Shown here one piece after another: positions 28,898 to 37,869 of a DNA stretch of 64,000 bases; position 1 is the stretch's first letter; the number at the start of each line of letters is the position of its first letter. Location of the stretch: positions 142,612 through 206,611 of the forward strand of contig OZ252244.1 of NCBI GenBank assembly GCA_965249575.1. The letters are read 5' to 3'. The notes under the pieces are model-generated. The model had not been told where the DNA came from. It searched no databases and saw nothing but the letters and a program-made list of their open reading frames with translations. The DNA is from Gemmatimonadales bacterium. GTDB lineage: Bacteria; Gemmatimonadota; Gemmatimonadetes; Gemmatimonadales; GWC2-71-9. Made by a program: the position numbers and the translations under genes.

Positions 28898-29905
28898 ATG
28901 AGGCGACGATTCGTTTGGTACTTGCCCGTAGCGACCGCGCTGCTATTCGCGAGCTGCGCCGATCGCGACCAGTCCTCGCCGACCGAGCCACCGTCGTTCT
29001 CCGTGGCCCCCCACAGCGGGGCCGCCGCTTCAGACGTCCGGGATATCCAGGCGCAGATCAGGGCGCTCTTCCCGAGGGACGACCGTGGGCTTCAGCACGC
29101 GGCGCTCAAGCGGTTCCGCAATATCGTGCGAGCACTACGGCGGGGTCGAGTGGAAAGCGCTCGGCGAAAGACGGTTCGATTCGTCGATTTCACGCTCCGT
29201 AAGTTCCAGCAGGAGCGGCTCCTAGATCCCAACGGGGCCGAACCCCCAACCACCGAGGAAGCAGTCTGTACGCTGATCGCATCGATGCTCCACCTCGTCG
29301 GACTTCCCAGCCCCGCGGCCTGCCCACTCGGACCCAATTCGGCCGCGGCCGTCGTGGGACGGAGCGGTGGTCTCGTCGTCACAGGCGCAGAGGAGGCCGG
29401 GGTCGACATTCCGCGCGGATCGCTCGAGGAAACGGTGGTGGTCACGGTTCAACTGATCTCTGGGCCATTCGATGAGAGCGGGGGTCCACTGAACACCGAG
29501 CTCGATCAGTTCGGACCGTTCTATCAAATCGAGACATTCCCTGCGGTCTCGAGCTTCAGCGGTGATGTCGTCGTCGGTTTGTGCATCGAGGAGTTGGAAG
29601 AGGGTTTCCGCCTAGCGCATAACAACGCCGAAGGAACCGGCATCGAGATCCTCCCACTCGCTGGCGCTCCCTTCCTTGACTGCAATGCCGACATCGGGAG
29701 CCGATCGATACAGGACGACGAACCGGCGACGATATGGGGCCGCGCGGTACGGCTCGCCAAACGCCTGTTCGCTCCAGCTCCTCTGCATGCTGGGAACGCC
29801 CTGATCTTCGGTGGCCTCGGCGGCTCCTCGGGCTCGTTCAGTCCATTCGGCGCGGTGGATACTCAGGCATCCACGCCGGATGAAGGCGGTCCAGACGACT
29901 TCTAA
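28898..29905 (+). CDS. Hypothetical lipoprotein
   Basis: AGGAG lies before ATG 28898. Signal peptide with lipobox LLFASC. 335 aa of normal composition. No family recognised. Confidence 0.55.
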   Translation: MRRRFVWYLPVATALLFASCADRDQSSPTEPPSFSVAPHSGAAASDVRDIQAQIRALFPRDDRGLQHAALKRFRNIVRALRRGRVESARRKTVRFVDFTLRKFQQERLLDPNGAEPPTTEEAVCTLIASMLHLVGLPSPAACPLGPNSAAAVVGRSGGLVVTGAEEAGVDIPRGSLEETVVVTVQLISGPFDESGGPLNTELDQFGPFYQIETFPAVSSFSGDVVVGLCIEELEEGFRLAHNNAEGTGIEILPLAGAPFLDCNADIGSRSIQDDEPATIWGRAVRLAKRLFAPAPLHAGNALIFGGLGGSSGSFSPFGAVDTQASTPDEGGPDDF

Positions 29906-29929
29906 CTGACTCCGGCTTTTGTGAAAATC

Positions 29930-29973
29930 GGCCGGCTCCCGCGCGATGCGGGGGCTGGCCGCTTCTTTTTTTT
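29930..29973 (+). terminator. Rho-independent terminator, probably bidirectional
   Basis: 13-bp stem GGCCGGCTCCCGC / GCGGGGGCTGGCC (two G-U pairs), 5-nt loop, then GCTTCTTTTTTTT. On the opposite strand the stem is followed by GATTTT. It sits between the convergent genes ending at 29905 and 29990. Confidence 0.7.
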
Positions 29974-29989
29974 GCTTGCTTGGTGGCAG

Positions 29990-31651
29990 CTACGCCGCGG
30001 CGGCCGGAGCGGAGCGCTGCTCACCGTCAGGGACCAGCTTCAACTCTACGAGAAAGCGCGAGCCGGCACCCTCCTCACCCTCGACCCAGAGCCGGCCACC
30101 CAGGCCCTCGACGATGTTCTTGCTGATGGCTAACCCGAGGCCCGCTCCTCCGTGCGTCCGAGTGGCGGAGCGCTCAAGCTGCATGAACTTCTCGAAGATC
30201 ACCTCGCGCCTGTCCGCCGGAATACCTGGCCCCCGATCCGCGATTTCGACTACGGCGGACTCGTCGTCGACGCGCCATTGAACGGTCACCGGCGCGTCGG
30301 GCGGGGAGAACTTAATGCCGTTCGACAGCAGGTTCACGATCACCTGTTCCAGCGGATCGCGGGCAGCCAGCACGGTTGCCGCGCGGTCACCGTCCGACTC
30401 GATCTCCACGCCGCGATCCCGCGCGAATCCGCTCACCGCCTCTACCGCCCGGGCAACAGCCCCCTCGAGCGAGACCGGGGCCAATTCGAACTCGAAGCGT
30501 CCGCTCTGCATTCGTGACATTTGCAGCAGGTCGTCGACCAAGCGGACCAGACGGTCGAGATTGCGCAGCGCGATATCGACGAACTCCCACATCGCTCGCG
30601 GGAGGTCGCCAGCCGCCCCGTTCTTGATGAGACCCAGCGAGGTCTTGACGGACGTGAGTGGCGTACGCAACTCGTGGCTCACGATCGATACGAATTCGTC
30701 CTTTGCCTCCTCCGCCGCGGCCTCACGGGTGATATCGCGATACAAAATGAGATGACCAAGCATCGACCGCTGGTCGACGACCGGCACGACGGTTCGCTGG
30801 CAAACGGATTTCTGTGGAAAGGCGAACTCGACCCGATCCCGGAGCGGTTCCGCCTCCGCGTCGAGCGCGGCGACTTGCGACGAGAGATCGTTCGGCTCGC
30901 TCAGGCAACGGGCGAACGCCTGATTGACCTGGGCCACGGGTGATCCCATCACCACTTCCCACGGCATTCCGATCAAGTCCGCTAGCGCGCGGTTCGCATG
31001 CACGACCCTACCATCCGCGACCATGAGAATCGCCGCGTCACTCGCTTCGATCAGTGCCTTGAGCCGCGTCCGTTCGGACAGCACCTTCGCGTTCTGGAGC
31101 GCGAGCCTCTCACGCTGACTCTCGATGGTCGAGAGGAGCTTCGAGTAGTGCAGGGATGTCTCGATTTGTCGCGCGAGGAGTGCCGCAAGCTCGAGATCTT
31201 CTTGACCATACCGCTCGGACTCTTTGGAGCCGAAGTTGAGCGCGCCAATGATCTCACCGTCCACGTGAAGCGGAACGATGATGGCTGACAACGCACTCTC
31301 GTTCGGCAGCCGGATGCCCTCGGTCCCCGGAAGGTCCGGGACGAGAAGCGGCTCGCCAGTCCGAATCACCTCCCCCGTCAGCCCCTGCGCTAGCGGAAAG
31401 CGGCCCCTCCCCTCTATGAATCCATCGCGTTCAGCATCGAAGAGCGTGTGAAGTTCATAGTGATCCCCTTCCTCCGAGACCAGCGCGACGCTGGCCCGCC
31501 GGAACATCATTACCCGTTGAAGCTTGGTGATGGCCGCCTGGAAGATCTCTTCGAGATCGAACGTCGTGTTGATGAGGGTCGCGAGCTCGCCGACGACTTC
31601 CAGTCGTTCCGAAGCCATCGTGTGGCGCGTTTCCAACGCGGTCGGCATCAT
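29990..31651 (-). CDS. Cytoplasmic sensor histidine kinase (GAF - PAS - HisKA - HATPase_c)
   Basis: 553 aa. H-box SHELRTPLTS, N-box LLSNGIKFS, G-boxes DRGPGI and GGAGLGLAI. GAF-like N-terminus and no TM segment. ATGA overlap with the Hpt gene. Confidence 0.9.
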   Translation of the reverse strand: MMPTALETRHTMASERLEVVGELATLINTTFDLEEIFQAAITKLQRVMMFRRASVALVSEEGDHYELHTLFDAERDGFIEGRGRFPLAQGLTGEVIRTGEPLLVPDLPGTEGIRLPNESALSAIIVPLHVDGEIIGALNFGSKESERYGQEDLELAALLARQIETSLHYSKLLSTIESQRERLALQNAKVLSERTRLKALIEASDAAILMVADGRVVHANRALADLIGMPWEVVMGSPVAQVNQAFARCLSEPNDLSSQVAALDAEAEPLRDRVEFAFPQKSVCQRTVVPVVDQRSMLGHLILYRDITREAAAEEAKDEFVSIVSHELRTPLTSVKTSLGLIKNGAAGDLPRAMWEFVDIALRNLDRLVRLVDDLLQMSRMQSGRFEFELAPVSLEGAVARAVEAVSGFARDRGVEIESDGDRAATVLAARDPLEQVIVNLLSNGIKFSPPDAPVTVQWRVDDESAVVEIADRGPGIPADRREVIFEKFMQLERSATRTHGGAGLGLAISKNIVEGLGGRLWVEGEEGAGSRFLVELKLVPDGEQRSAPAAAA

Positions 31652-32025
31652 GAGGTCGGATCGAATCGGGACTGGTACAGCCGCACGGAAGACGCCAACC
31701 GTTCAAGACCAGCCACGCCATCGGCGAGTCCCTCGGGAGACAGTGCCCCGCCCTCCCGCCACCGCCGTCCGAGATCCTCCAGGAACGCCGCCGGCTCCGA
31801 GAGGTCGTTCGCGCCAAACGATGCCGCGGTCCCCTTCAATGAGTGCGCTCCGCGATGGAAGGTCTCGATCATTCCTTCGTCGCGGCTCTGCTCGAGCACC
31901 TCCAATGCCGAACGCATCTTCTCGACTCGGTCCGGCAACCCAGCCGCGAATTCACGCCTCACCAAGGTCAGCGGGTCGAGATCGCTCTCGATCGGGGCCT
32001 CGGGAAGTCTAGGCCTTGCTTTCAA
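31648..32025 (-). CDS. Stand-alone Hpt (histidine phosphotransfer) domain protein
   Basis: 125 aa with the phospho-accepting motif FHRGAHSLKGTAASFGA. TTG start overlaps the end of the upstream receiver gene by 17 nt. Confidence 0.8.
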   Translation of the reverse strand: MKARPRLPEAPIESDLDPLTLVRREFAAGLPDRVEKMRSALEVLEQSRDEGMIETFHRGAHSLKGTAASFGANDLSEPAAFLEDLGRRWREGGALSPEGLADGVAGLERLASSVRLYQSRFDPTS

Positions 32026-32380
32026 CGCACAGGTCCTTGATCCGTGTGGCGAGCTCCTCCGGCTCGAATGGCTTGAACGCGATTCCGGCAGCGCCCGCCA
32101 ACACAGCCTCTGACTCCTGCATCTCTTTGCGCGCCGTCAACAGGACGACCGGGATCGAGGTCGTCTCGGGATCTGCTCGCAGCCGACGACACACCTCGTA
32201 CCCATGCATCCCTGGCATCATCACGTCCGCGATCACCGCATCGGGCTGAACACGGCGCACGGTCTCGATCCCCTCCACTCCGTCTGCGGCAACTGCCACC
32301 TCCCATCCCGCCGTGTACTCGAGTGTCAGCTTGATCAGCTTGCGGAGATCCGGATCGTCGTCGATTACCACGACGCGCAT
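32009..32380 (-). CDS. Single-domain response regulator (REC only, 123 aa)
   Basis: ATG 32380 (MRVVVIDDDPD). Phospho-acceptor D in AVIADVMMPGMHG, then LLTARK and AFKPF. No output domain. Confidence 0.9.
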   Translation of the reverse strand: MRVVVIDDDPDLRKLIKLTLEYTAGWEVAVAADGVEGIETVRRVQPDAVIADVMMPGMHGYEVCRRLRADPETTSIPVVLLTARKEMQESEAVLAGAAGIAFKPFEPEELATRIKDLCVESKA

Positions 32381-32501
32381 AGGAGCATCCTCTCGTTTTG
32401 CCACCAATGATGAGACCTCCGGACGTTCATCTCGCACGACTGGCCCGGCGTCATCGCGACTCAGCGCTCGGTCAACTTTCACAGATCGCGCGGAACACGA
32501 A

Positions 32502-33116
32502 TCATCCGGTAACCGATGGTCCGTCCCGTTTCCCATCTCCCGCACCGGGGGCGTGCTCACCCGGGTCGATCTGAGACGCGTCCAACGGCACTGGGATGGG
32601 TGCCTCCGGCCGTCGGTCGGCACCTTGGTGACCGATGAGGCGGCCCGTGCCCACGGAGAGCAGTACCAGCAATCCCACAGCCGCTGACCGAAGTAGCCGC
32701 CGCCTGAGAGTCGGTCGGAGTCGCGCCCGCAGCCTGACGTTTGCCTGCCGAACGGCGGCATTCTCCGCCGCTCGCTCAACCGCCGCGGCCAAGTGCCCCA
32801 TGTTCACGGGCTTCGTCAAGAAATTCTCGGCGCCCAGACGCATTGCCTCGACCGCCGGGCCCAGTTCGCCGCTGGCGGTGAGCATGATGACCATTGCCCG
32901 CTTCTTCCTCAGGATCTCGAGCACTTCGAGTCCCGACATGCCGGGCATGGACAGATCGAGCACCGTCACGTCCGGTCTCGCTCGCTCGTGCAGAGCAAGA
33001 CCCTCCGACCCAGACTCCGCCTCGTAGACTCGATGTCCAAGGCGCTCGAACTCGGTCCGGAGAAGCCGGAGCATGTCCGGGTCATCGTCTATGAAAAGCA
33101 CAGTACGGGAACTCAT
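32502..33116 (-). CDS. Response-regulator receiver domain fused to a C-terminal transmembrane helix and Pro-rich tail
   Basis: ATG 33116 (MSSRTVLFIDDDPD). Has VTVLDLSMPGMSG, MLTASG and LTKPV. This is followed by RRRLLRSAAVGLLVLLSVGTGRLIG (TM) and ...PEAPIPVPLD.... No DNA-binding or enzymatic output is visible. Confidence 0.8.
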   Translation of the reverse strand: MSSRTVLFIDDDPDMLRLLRTEFERLGHRVYEAESGSEGLALHERARPDVTVLDLSMPGMSGLEVLEILRKKRAMVIMLTASGELGPAVEAMRLGAENFLTKPVNMGHLAAAVERAAENAAVRQANVRLRARLRPTLRRRLLRSAAVGLLVLLSVGTGRLIGHQGADRRPEAPIPVPLDASQIDPGEHAPGAGDGKRDGPSVTG

Positions 33117-33360
33117 GGATCCCTCCCCTAGGCACCGCCTGATGTTATCGGCCGCCGGACAGCGCTTCTTGAGGATGGAGGGGCGCATTTCTCCCACCAC
33201 TCAGAACGGGGAATCGAGACACTAGACGATTTCCAGAAGTGATGACGCGGCAAGCACTTAGAGTATACGGGAACCGCGTGATGGCGCGCGGGTCTCCAGG
33301 GAGGGCCCCGGAGACGTTCGGGTCTGCCTTCTTGGACGGAGAGCTGCTACGGCGTTAGCG

Positions 33361-34440
33361 TCAGTTGCCTCGCAAGTGGCGCACGAGCATGTCCCCCATC
33401 GCCGACGTCGCGATGCCGCTTCGAGCGTCAGCCGATGGCACCTCGCCACTGCGAAGCAGAGAGGCCGTCGCCTCTTCTATGCGCTGGGCGGCCGCCGTTT
33501 CGCCGAGGAAGTCCAGCATCATGCCCGTGGCCGCCGTTGCGCCGAGAGGACAGGCGATATTCTTACCCGCGTGTTTCGGTGCGGACCCGTGGATCGGCTC
33601 GAACATCGACGTCTTCCCGGGGTGGATGTTACCCGACGCGGCGATGCCCATCCCGCCCTGGAGCATCGCGCCGAGGTCGGTGATGATGTCCCCGAACAGA
33701 TTCGTCGTAACGATTACGTCGAACCATTCCGGATTCTTGATCATCCACATGCAGCAGGCGTCTATATAGGCGTGGTCGGTTTCAATGTCCGGGAAGTCCT
33801 CGGCCACGTGGCGGTGGGCGCGGGTCCAGATGTCGTGGGGTCGGATTGCGTTCGCCTTGTCCACAAGGGTGACCTGGCGCTTTCCGGCGTCACGCCCTTC
33901 TCCGGCACGTCTTCGCGCCAGCTCGAAGGCATAGCGCACCGCCCGTTCGCACCCCTTCCACGTGTAAACGCCGTTGACGATTGCGACTTCGTCCGCGGTA
34001 CCCTTCTTCAAGTGCCCGCCGATCTGTGAATACATTCCCTCGGTGTTCTCACGGACGACGACGAAATCGATGTCGTCCGGTTTCTTGTTCTTGAGAGGAC
34101 ACAGGTGCTCGGAGTACAGTCGTATCGGGCGCAGGTTGATGTAGAGATCGAGCCCAAACCGGAGCCCGAGGATGACTGAACGCTCTACGAGCCCTGGCTC
34201 CACGTCCGGATGCCCGATCGCGCCGAGTAGTACGGCGTCGAGTGTCCGCCATTCATCGATGACGGATTCGGGCACGAGCTCCTTGGTCTTGAGATAGTAC
34301 TCCCCGCTGTAAGGGTAGTCGACCAGCTGGTATCGAAACCCCTCGAGGTCGGCCGCGGCCTCCAGCACCTTCAGGGCTTCACGCGTAACCTCCGGCCCGA
34401 TCCCGTCCCCCGGTAGAACACCGATGGAATAGTCCTTCAT
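33361..34440 (-). CDS. Isocitrate/isopropylmalate dehydrogenase family oxidoreductase (tartrate/D-malate dehydrogenase-like)
   Basis: 359 aa with GDGIGPEV, VRENTEGMY and NLFGDIITDLGA motifs of the beta-decarboxylating dehydrogenases. The N-terminal region resembles the tartrate dehydrogenase subfamily. Confidence 0.85.
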   Translation of the reverse strand: MKDYSIGVLPGDGIGPEVTREALKVLEAAADLEGFRYQLVDYPYSGEYYLKTKELVPESVIDEWRTLDAVLLGAIGHPDVEPGLVERSVILGLRFGLDLYINLRPIRLYSEHLCPLKNKKPDDIDFVVVRENTEGMYSQIGGHLKKGTADEVAIVNGVYTWKGCERAVRYAFELARRRAGEGRDAGKRQVTLVDKANAIRPHDIWTRAHRHVAEDFPDIETDHAYIDACCMWMIKNPEWFDVIVTTNLFGDIITDLGAMLQGGMGIAASGNIHPGKTSMFEPIHGSAPKHAGKNIACPLGATAATGMMLDFLGETAAAQRIEEATASLLRSGEVPSADARSGIATSAMGDMLVRHLRGN

Positions 34441-34784
34441 TCCGCGCTCCGGGACGGCTGAATCCGTCTTGACATGCCTGCATTCCTCCCCTGCTGATCA
34501 TTTGAGAGGTCGTCGCCGGGCGCGCCCGCGACGGGCCAGGGGACGCACCGTGACCGTTTGCGACCGGACGGAAGGTAAACGCGCGGGGCGGTTCGCGCAG
34601 GAGCGGCGCGGTCGGACTCCGGCTGCGCGGCGCTACTGGATGGCGGCCGAGTGGCCCCGGCCTCCTGGTCCCGTCAGACAGCACGACCCCTCGACCTCGC
34701 CAGTGTCGCAGCCAGGCACTAGTTTCGCGAGGTCTTACGTCGTCCAGCGCCGTCCACCGTCGTCAGCTCGGATACCCAGCCAGC

Positions 34785-35882
34785 ATGAGCGACCGATTCA
34801 TAAAGCCGGCCCTTCTGTGCCTGTCACTGGTCGCATCCATCCCCGTTGGGGAGCTGCTCGCCCGAATCGCCCTGGATGAGGTCAACTATTTACGACCCAC
34901 ACTGGTGGCTCATCCAATCCTCCGGCATGCCGTACGCGCCGGAAGCGGGGGCCATGATCGGTGGGGGGTTCGTAACGGCCGGGTTCCAGCCGACGTCGAC
35001 GTCCTCGCCATCGGCGACTCGGAGACGTATGGCTACTCCGCCCCCTCCGTCGAGTCGTGGCCCTCGTGGCTCGAGAGGCTCTCCGGACGCTCGGTGTACA
35101 ACATGGGCCTCGGTGGATATGGCCCGCCGGATTACCGGTATCTCCTCGAGCAGCAGGGGGACTCGCTCGATCCCGACGTCGTGATAATCGGCTTCTACTT
35201 TGGAAACGATCTGCGAAGCGCCTACGCGGACGCCGTTGGTATCCAAGAAGAGTCGGTCACGCTCCACCCGCCTCCCGACCCGCGGATCTTCGGCGACCTG
35301 CGCACTTGGCTCAGCCGCAACAGCGTCCTATACCAGGCCGTCAAGCATCACGCGCGCTCCCCTATGGATGTGATCCGCTTTCGGGAAACGACCTCGTACG
35401 CCACGGATGGTCATTATCCACTCGACCACCCGGTGTCTCGCACGGTCTTTGCGCCGGGGGATCAGCTGGAACGGTTGGACCAGGCCGACGAGCGGAACCG
35501 CAGGGGCCTGGAGCAGACGCTGGAGATCTTCCTGGAGATCGAGACGTGGTGCGGCACTCGCCACGTTGCCTGCCTGTACCTGCTCATCCCGACCAAGGAA
35601 TCCGTCTATTGGGAGCTTGCGAGCGAGCGTCTGAGCGGCCCCGGACGCGATGAGGTCTCCCGAGTCGTCCACGCCGAGACCGCGGTGCGAGAGCACATCG
35701 TCCACTTCTTGAGCCGCAATGAAATGACGTATGTGGACCCGCTACCCCAAATGCGATCGGCGGCTCACCAGGAGCGCCTGTACTTGGCCAACATCGACGG
35801 ACACCCCAACGGAACCGGATACCGGATCATCGCCGAGACGATTGCAGAGATGCTCGCCGATTGCGGTGCGTGTACTCGGTAG
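34785..35882 (+). CDS. SGNH/GDSL-type hydrolase with N-terminal membrane anchor
   Basis: N-terminal hydrophobic segment PALLCLSLVASIPVG. Block I is VLAIGDSETYGY and the catalytic end is NIDGHPNGTGY (DxxH-like). 365 aa. Confidence 0.65.
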   Translation: MSDRFIKPALLCLSLVASIPVGELLARIALDEVNYLRPTLVAHPILRHAVRAGSGGHDRWGVRNGRVPADVDVLAIGDSETYGYSAPSVESWPSWLERLSGRSVYNMGLGGYGPPDYRYLLEQQGDSLDPDVVIIGFYFGNDLRSAYADAVGIQEESVTLHPPPDPRIFGDLRTWLSRNSVLYQAVKHHARSPMDVIRFRETTSYATDGHYPLDHPVSRTVFAPGDQLERLDQADERNRRGLEQTLEIFLEIETWCGTRHVACLYLLIPTKESVYWELASERLSGPGRDEVSRVVHAETAVREHIVHFLSRNEMTYVDPLPQMRSAAHQERLYLANIDGHPNGTGYRIIAETIAEMLADCGACTR

Positions 35883-35883
35883 A

Positions 35884-37065
35884 TCATCGATTGACCTCAT
35901 CGAGGAGTGCACGTAGCGTCCCGAAATCCCGCCTGTTGAACGGGAGCAACAGACGCGGGAGCCCGGCGAGGTCAGGGACGTCCGCCTCGGCTGGCATGAG
36001 AGGGCCCGTCTCCCTAATAACGCCCCGGCCGGGCATCAGCAGCGATGCGAACCGCTCGTTCAAGAGTTCGAGTCGGCCGGGTGGCAGCGGCTCGGCCAAC
36101 CGAATCAGCAGCTCGTCGCGAACGTAGCGGCTGGAGTGGTATCGCCCATAAAAGCGACAGATCTCCTCGACGGCCGCGTCGATGTCACCCGTGATCTTGA
36201 ACAGGTTCAGGTCCTGCTCGCTGATCATTCCTTCTTCCAGCAGATGCGTGCGCACGTAGTCCAACCAGGTCGTCCAGTATGTCGAGCCACCCGGCTCGAT
36301 CAACACGACCGGCACCAGCGACGTCTTCCCTGTCTGGATGAGTGTGAGCGCCTCGAACACCTCGTCGTGGGTGCCCAGTCCACCGGGAAACCCAGCGACC
36401 GCTGACGCTTCCTTCAGAAAGCAGAGTTTCCTCGTGAAGAAGTAGCGAAAGTGAAGTAGCTTCTCGTCCCCGTCGATGACGGGATTGGCCGCCTGCTCGA
36501 AGGGCAGCTTGATGTTCACGCCGAAGCTGTTCTCTCGGCCCGCCCCCTCGTGGCCGGCCTGCATGATCCCCGGGCCGGCCCCGGTTATGACCATGTACCC
36601 CCGCCCGACCATGCGCTTGCTGAACTCGGCAGCAGCGACGTAATCGGGACCCCCTGGATCCGTTCGTGCGGATCCGAAGATCGATACTTTTCTGCGGTCC
36701 GCGTGCTCGCCGAAAACCCTGAAGGCTTCATGCATCTCGCGAAGTGAAGCCGACAGGATCTTGATGTCCAACCGCGACGCGTCGGAACGCACCAGCTCCA
36801 CCCCTACCCGTAAGATCTCGGCAACGAGCTCTCGATCTGGATGTTCCCCCGCGACTCCCAGAAGCGCCGCGATTTGTTCTTCAGCGGCGGGCTCGAGACG
36901 GCGTCCCCTGAGGCGGGCGGACTTCCCGGAGGGCCGGACCGGCGGTGTGGGCGCCAACAACTCGGCCGTCGGCGGATCTTCGTCGAGAAACTCCCGATCC
37001 AACTCCGTCATGTCGGATGTACTCGCCCGGTCGTTCACACCCTTCTTGCGTCGTCGAGGTCCCAT
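35884..37065 (-). CDS. LOG-family (TIGR00730-type) nucleotide 5'-monophosphate nucleosidase-like protein with N- and C-terminal extensions
   Basis: Core motifs VSIFGSAR, ITGAGPGIMQAG and GFPGGLGTHDEVFEALTLIQTGK, where PGGxGTxxE is the LOG signature. An extra ~110 aa N-terminal and ~110 aa C-terminal sequence recalls the PpnN-type architecture. Confidence 0.8.
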   Translation of the reverse strand: MGPRRRKKGVNDRASTSDMTELDREFLDEDPPTAELLAPTPPVRPSGKSARLRGRRLEPAAEEQIAALLGVAGEHPDRELVAEILRVGVELVRSDASRLDIKILSASLREMHEAFRVFGEHADRRKVSIFGSARTDPGGPDYVAAAEFSKRMVGRGYMVITGAGPGIMQAGHEGAGRENSFGVNIKLPFEQAANPVIDGDEKLLHFRYFFTRKLCFLKEASAVAGFPGGLGTHDEVFEALTLIQTGKTSLVPVVLIEPGGSTYWTTWLDYVRTHLLEEGMISEQDLNLFKITGDIDAAVEEICRFYGRYHSSRYVRDELLIRLAEPLPPGRLELLNERFASLLMPGRGVIRETGPLMPAEADVPDLAGLPRLLLPFNRRDFGTLRALLDEVNR

Positions 37066-37195
37066 GCGCGCCTGTCGATGTCCTGGTGAAGGAAAGGGGG
37101 TAAGGGGGGCAACTGGCTCTCACGGGGCCTCCCGCTAATGAGCCTCCGCCCATCGCACCGCTCGTCCACAGTATCGGCCGTTCGGAGCTGCCGAC

Positions 37196-37684
37196 TCAGC
37201 GATCGGCGCTGTTCGGCACGTCAATCACGATCCCACGCAGCGCACCTCCTCTACTCTTGAGATCGGCATCTCCCGCCGGCGGGCCGCACAGGCTGAGCAC
37301 GTAGGCCAGAACGTCCTCATACTCCCGCCGGCTAAGACTCCCGGGATTCTCATACGGCATTTGTCTGCGTATGAGAGCAAAGAGGGCGTCGACGGTCTGG
37401 CCGGCCCAGGTCTCGAGGTAGCTGGGATCGCCGAACTGCCCCACCGGATGGCATTCGGTACAGTCCGACGCAAAGATACCAGCTCCACGTTCGGCCTGGG
37501 CCGTGGAATAGACGCCTTCCCAGACGGACTGGGTAGTCACATCCGGCTCGGCGGTCTGTGAGTGCGCCAATTCCCCCGATGCTGGGAGCAGGGCCGCGCC
37601 GATGAACAGCGCGGGCCACAGGATCCCCGCTGGCGCACCGTTGGTGCTAGGCCAGAAGTTACATGTCGCCCGGTCGACGGTCAT
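37196..37684 (-). CDS. Secreted c-type cytochrome (single haem)
   Basis: CTECH haem-binding motif and a downstream Met-containing segment (RRQMPYENPG). Signal-like WPALFIGAALLPASG. Confidence 0.75.
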   Translation of the reverse strand: MTVDRATCNFWPSTNGAPAGILWPALFIGAALLPASGELAHSQTAEPDVTTQSVWEGVYSTAQAERGAGIFASDCTECHPVGQFGDPSYLETWAGQTVDALFALIRRQMPYENPGSLSRREYEDVLAYVLSLCGPPAGDADLKSRGGALRGIVIDVPNSADR

Positions 37685-37869
37685 CCGGGAATAAGCTGTG
37701 CTGGGGACTAATGGGCCGCCAGGGACGAATCGCCGACGGCTGTCGCCGCTCGACGTGCATCACCGTTCGCCCCTTGCCCCTCCGCACTTGCCGAACCAGG
37801 GCCTCCGGCGGAAAATCAGGCGCCACCGGTAAGCGCAGATATGGCAAGATCTTTGCACAGGACGCACCT

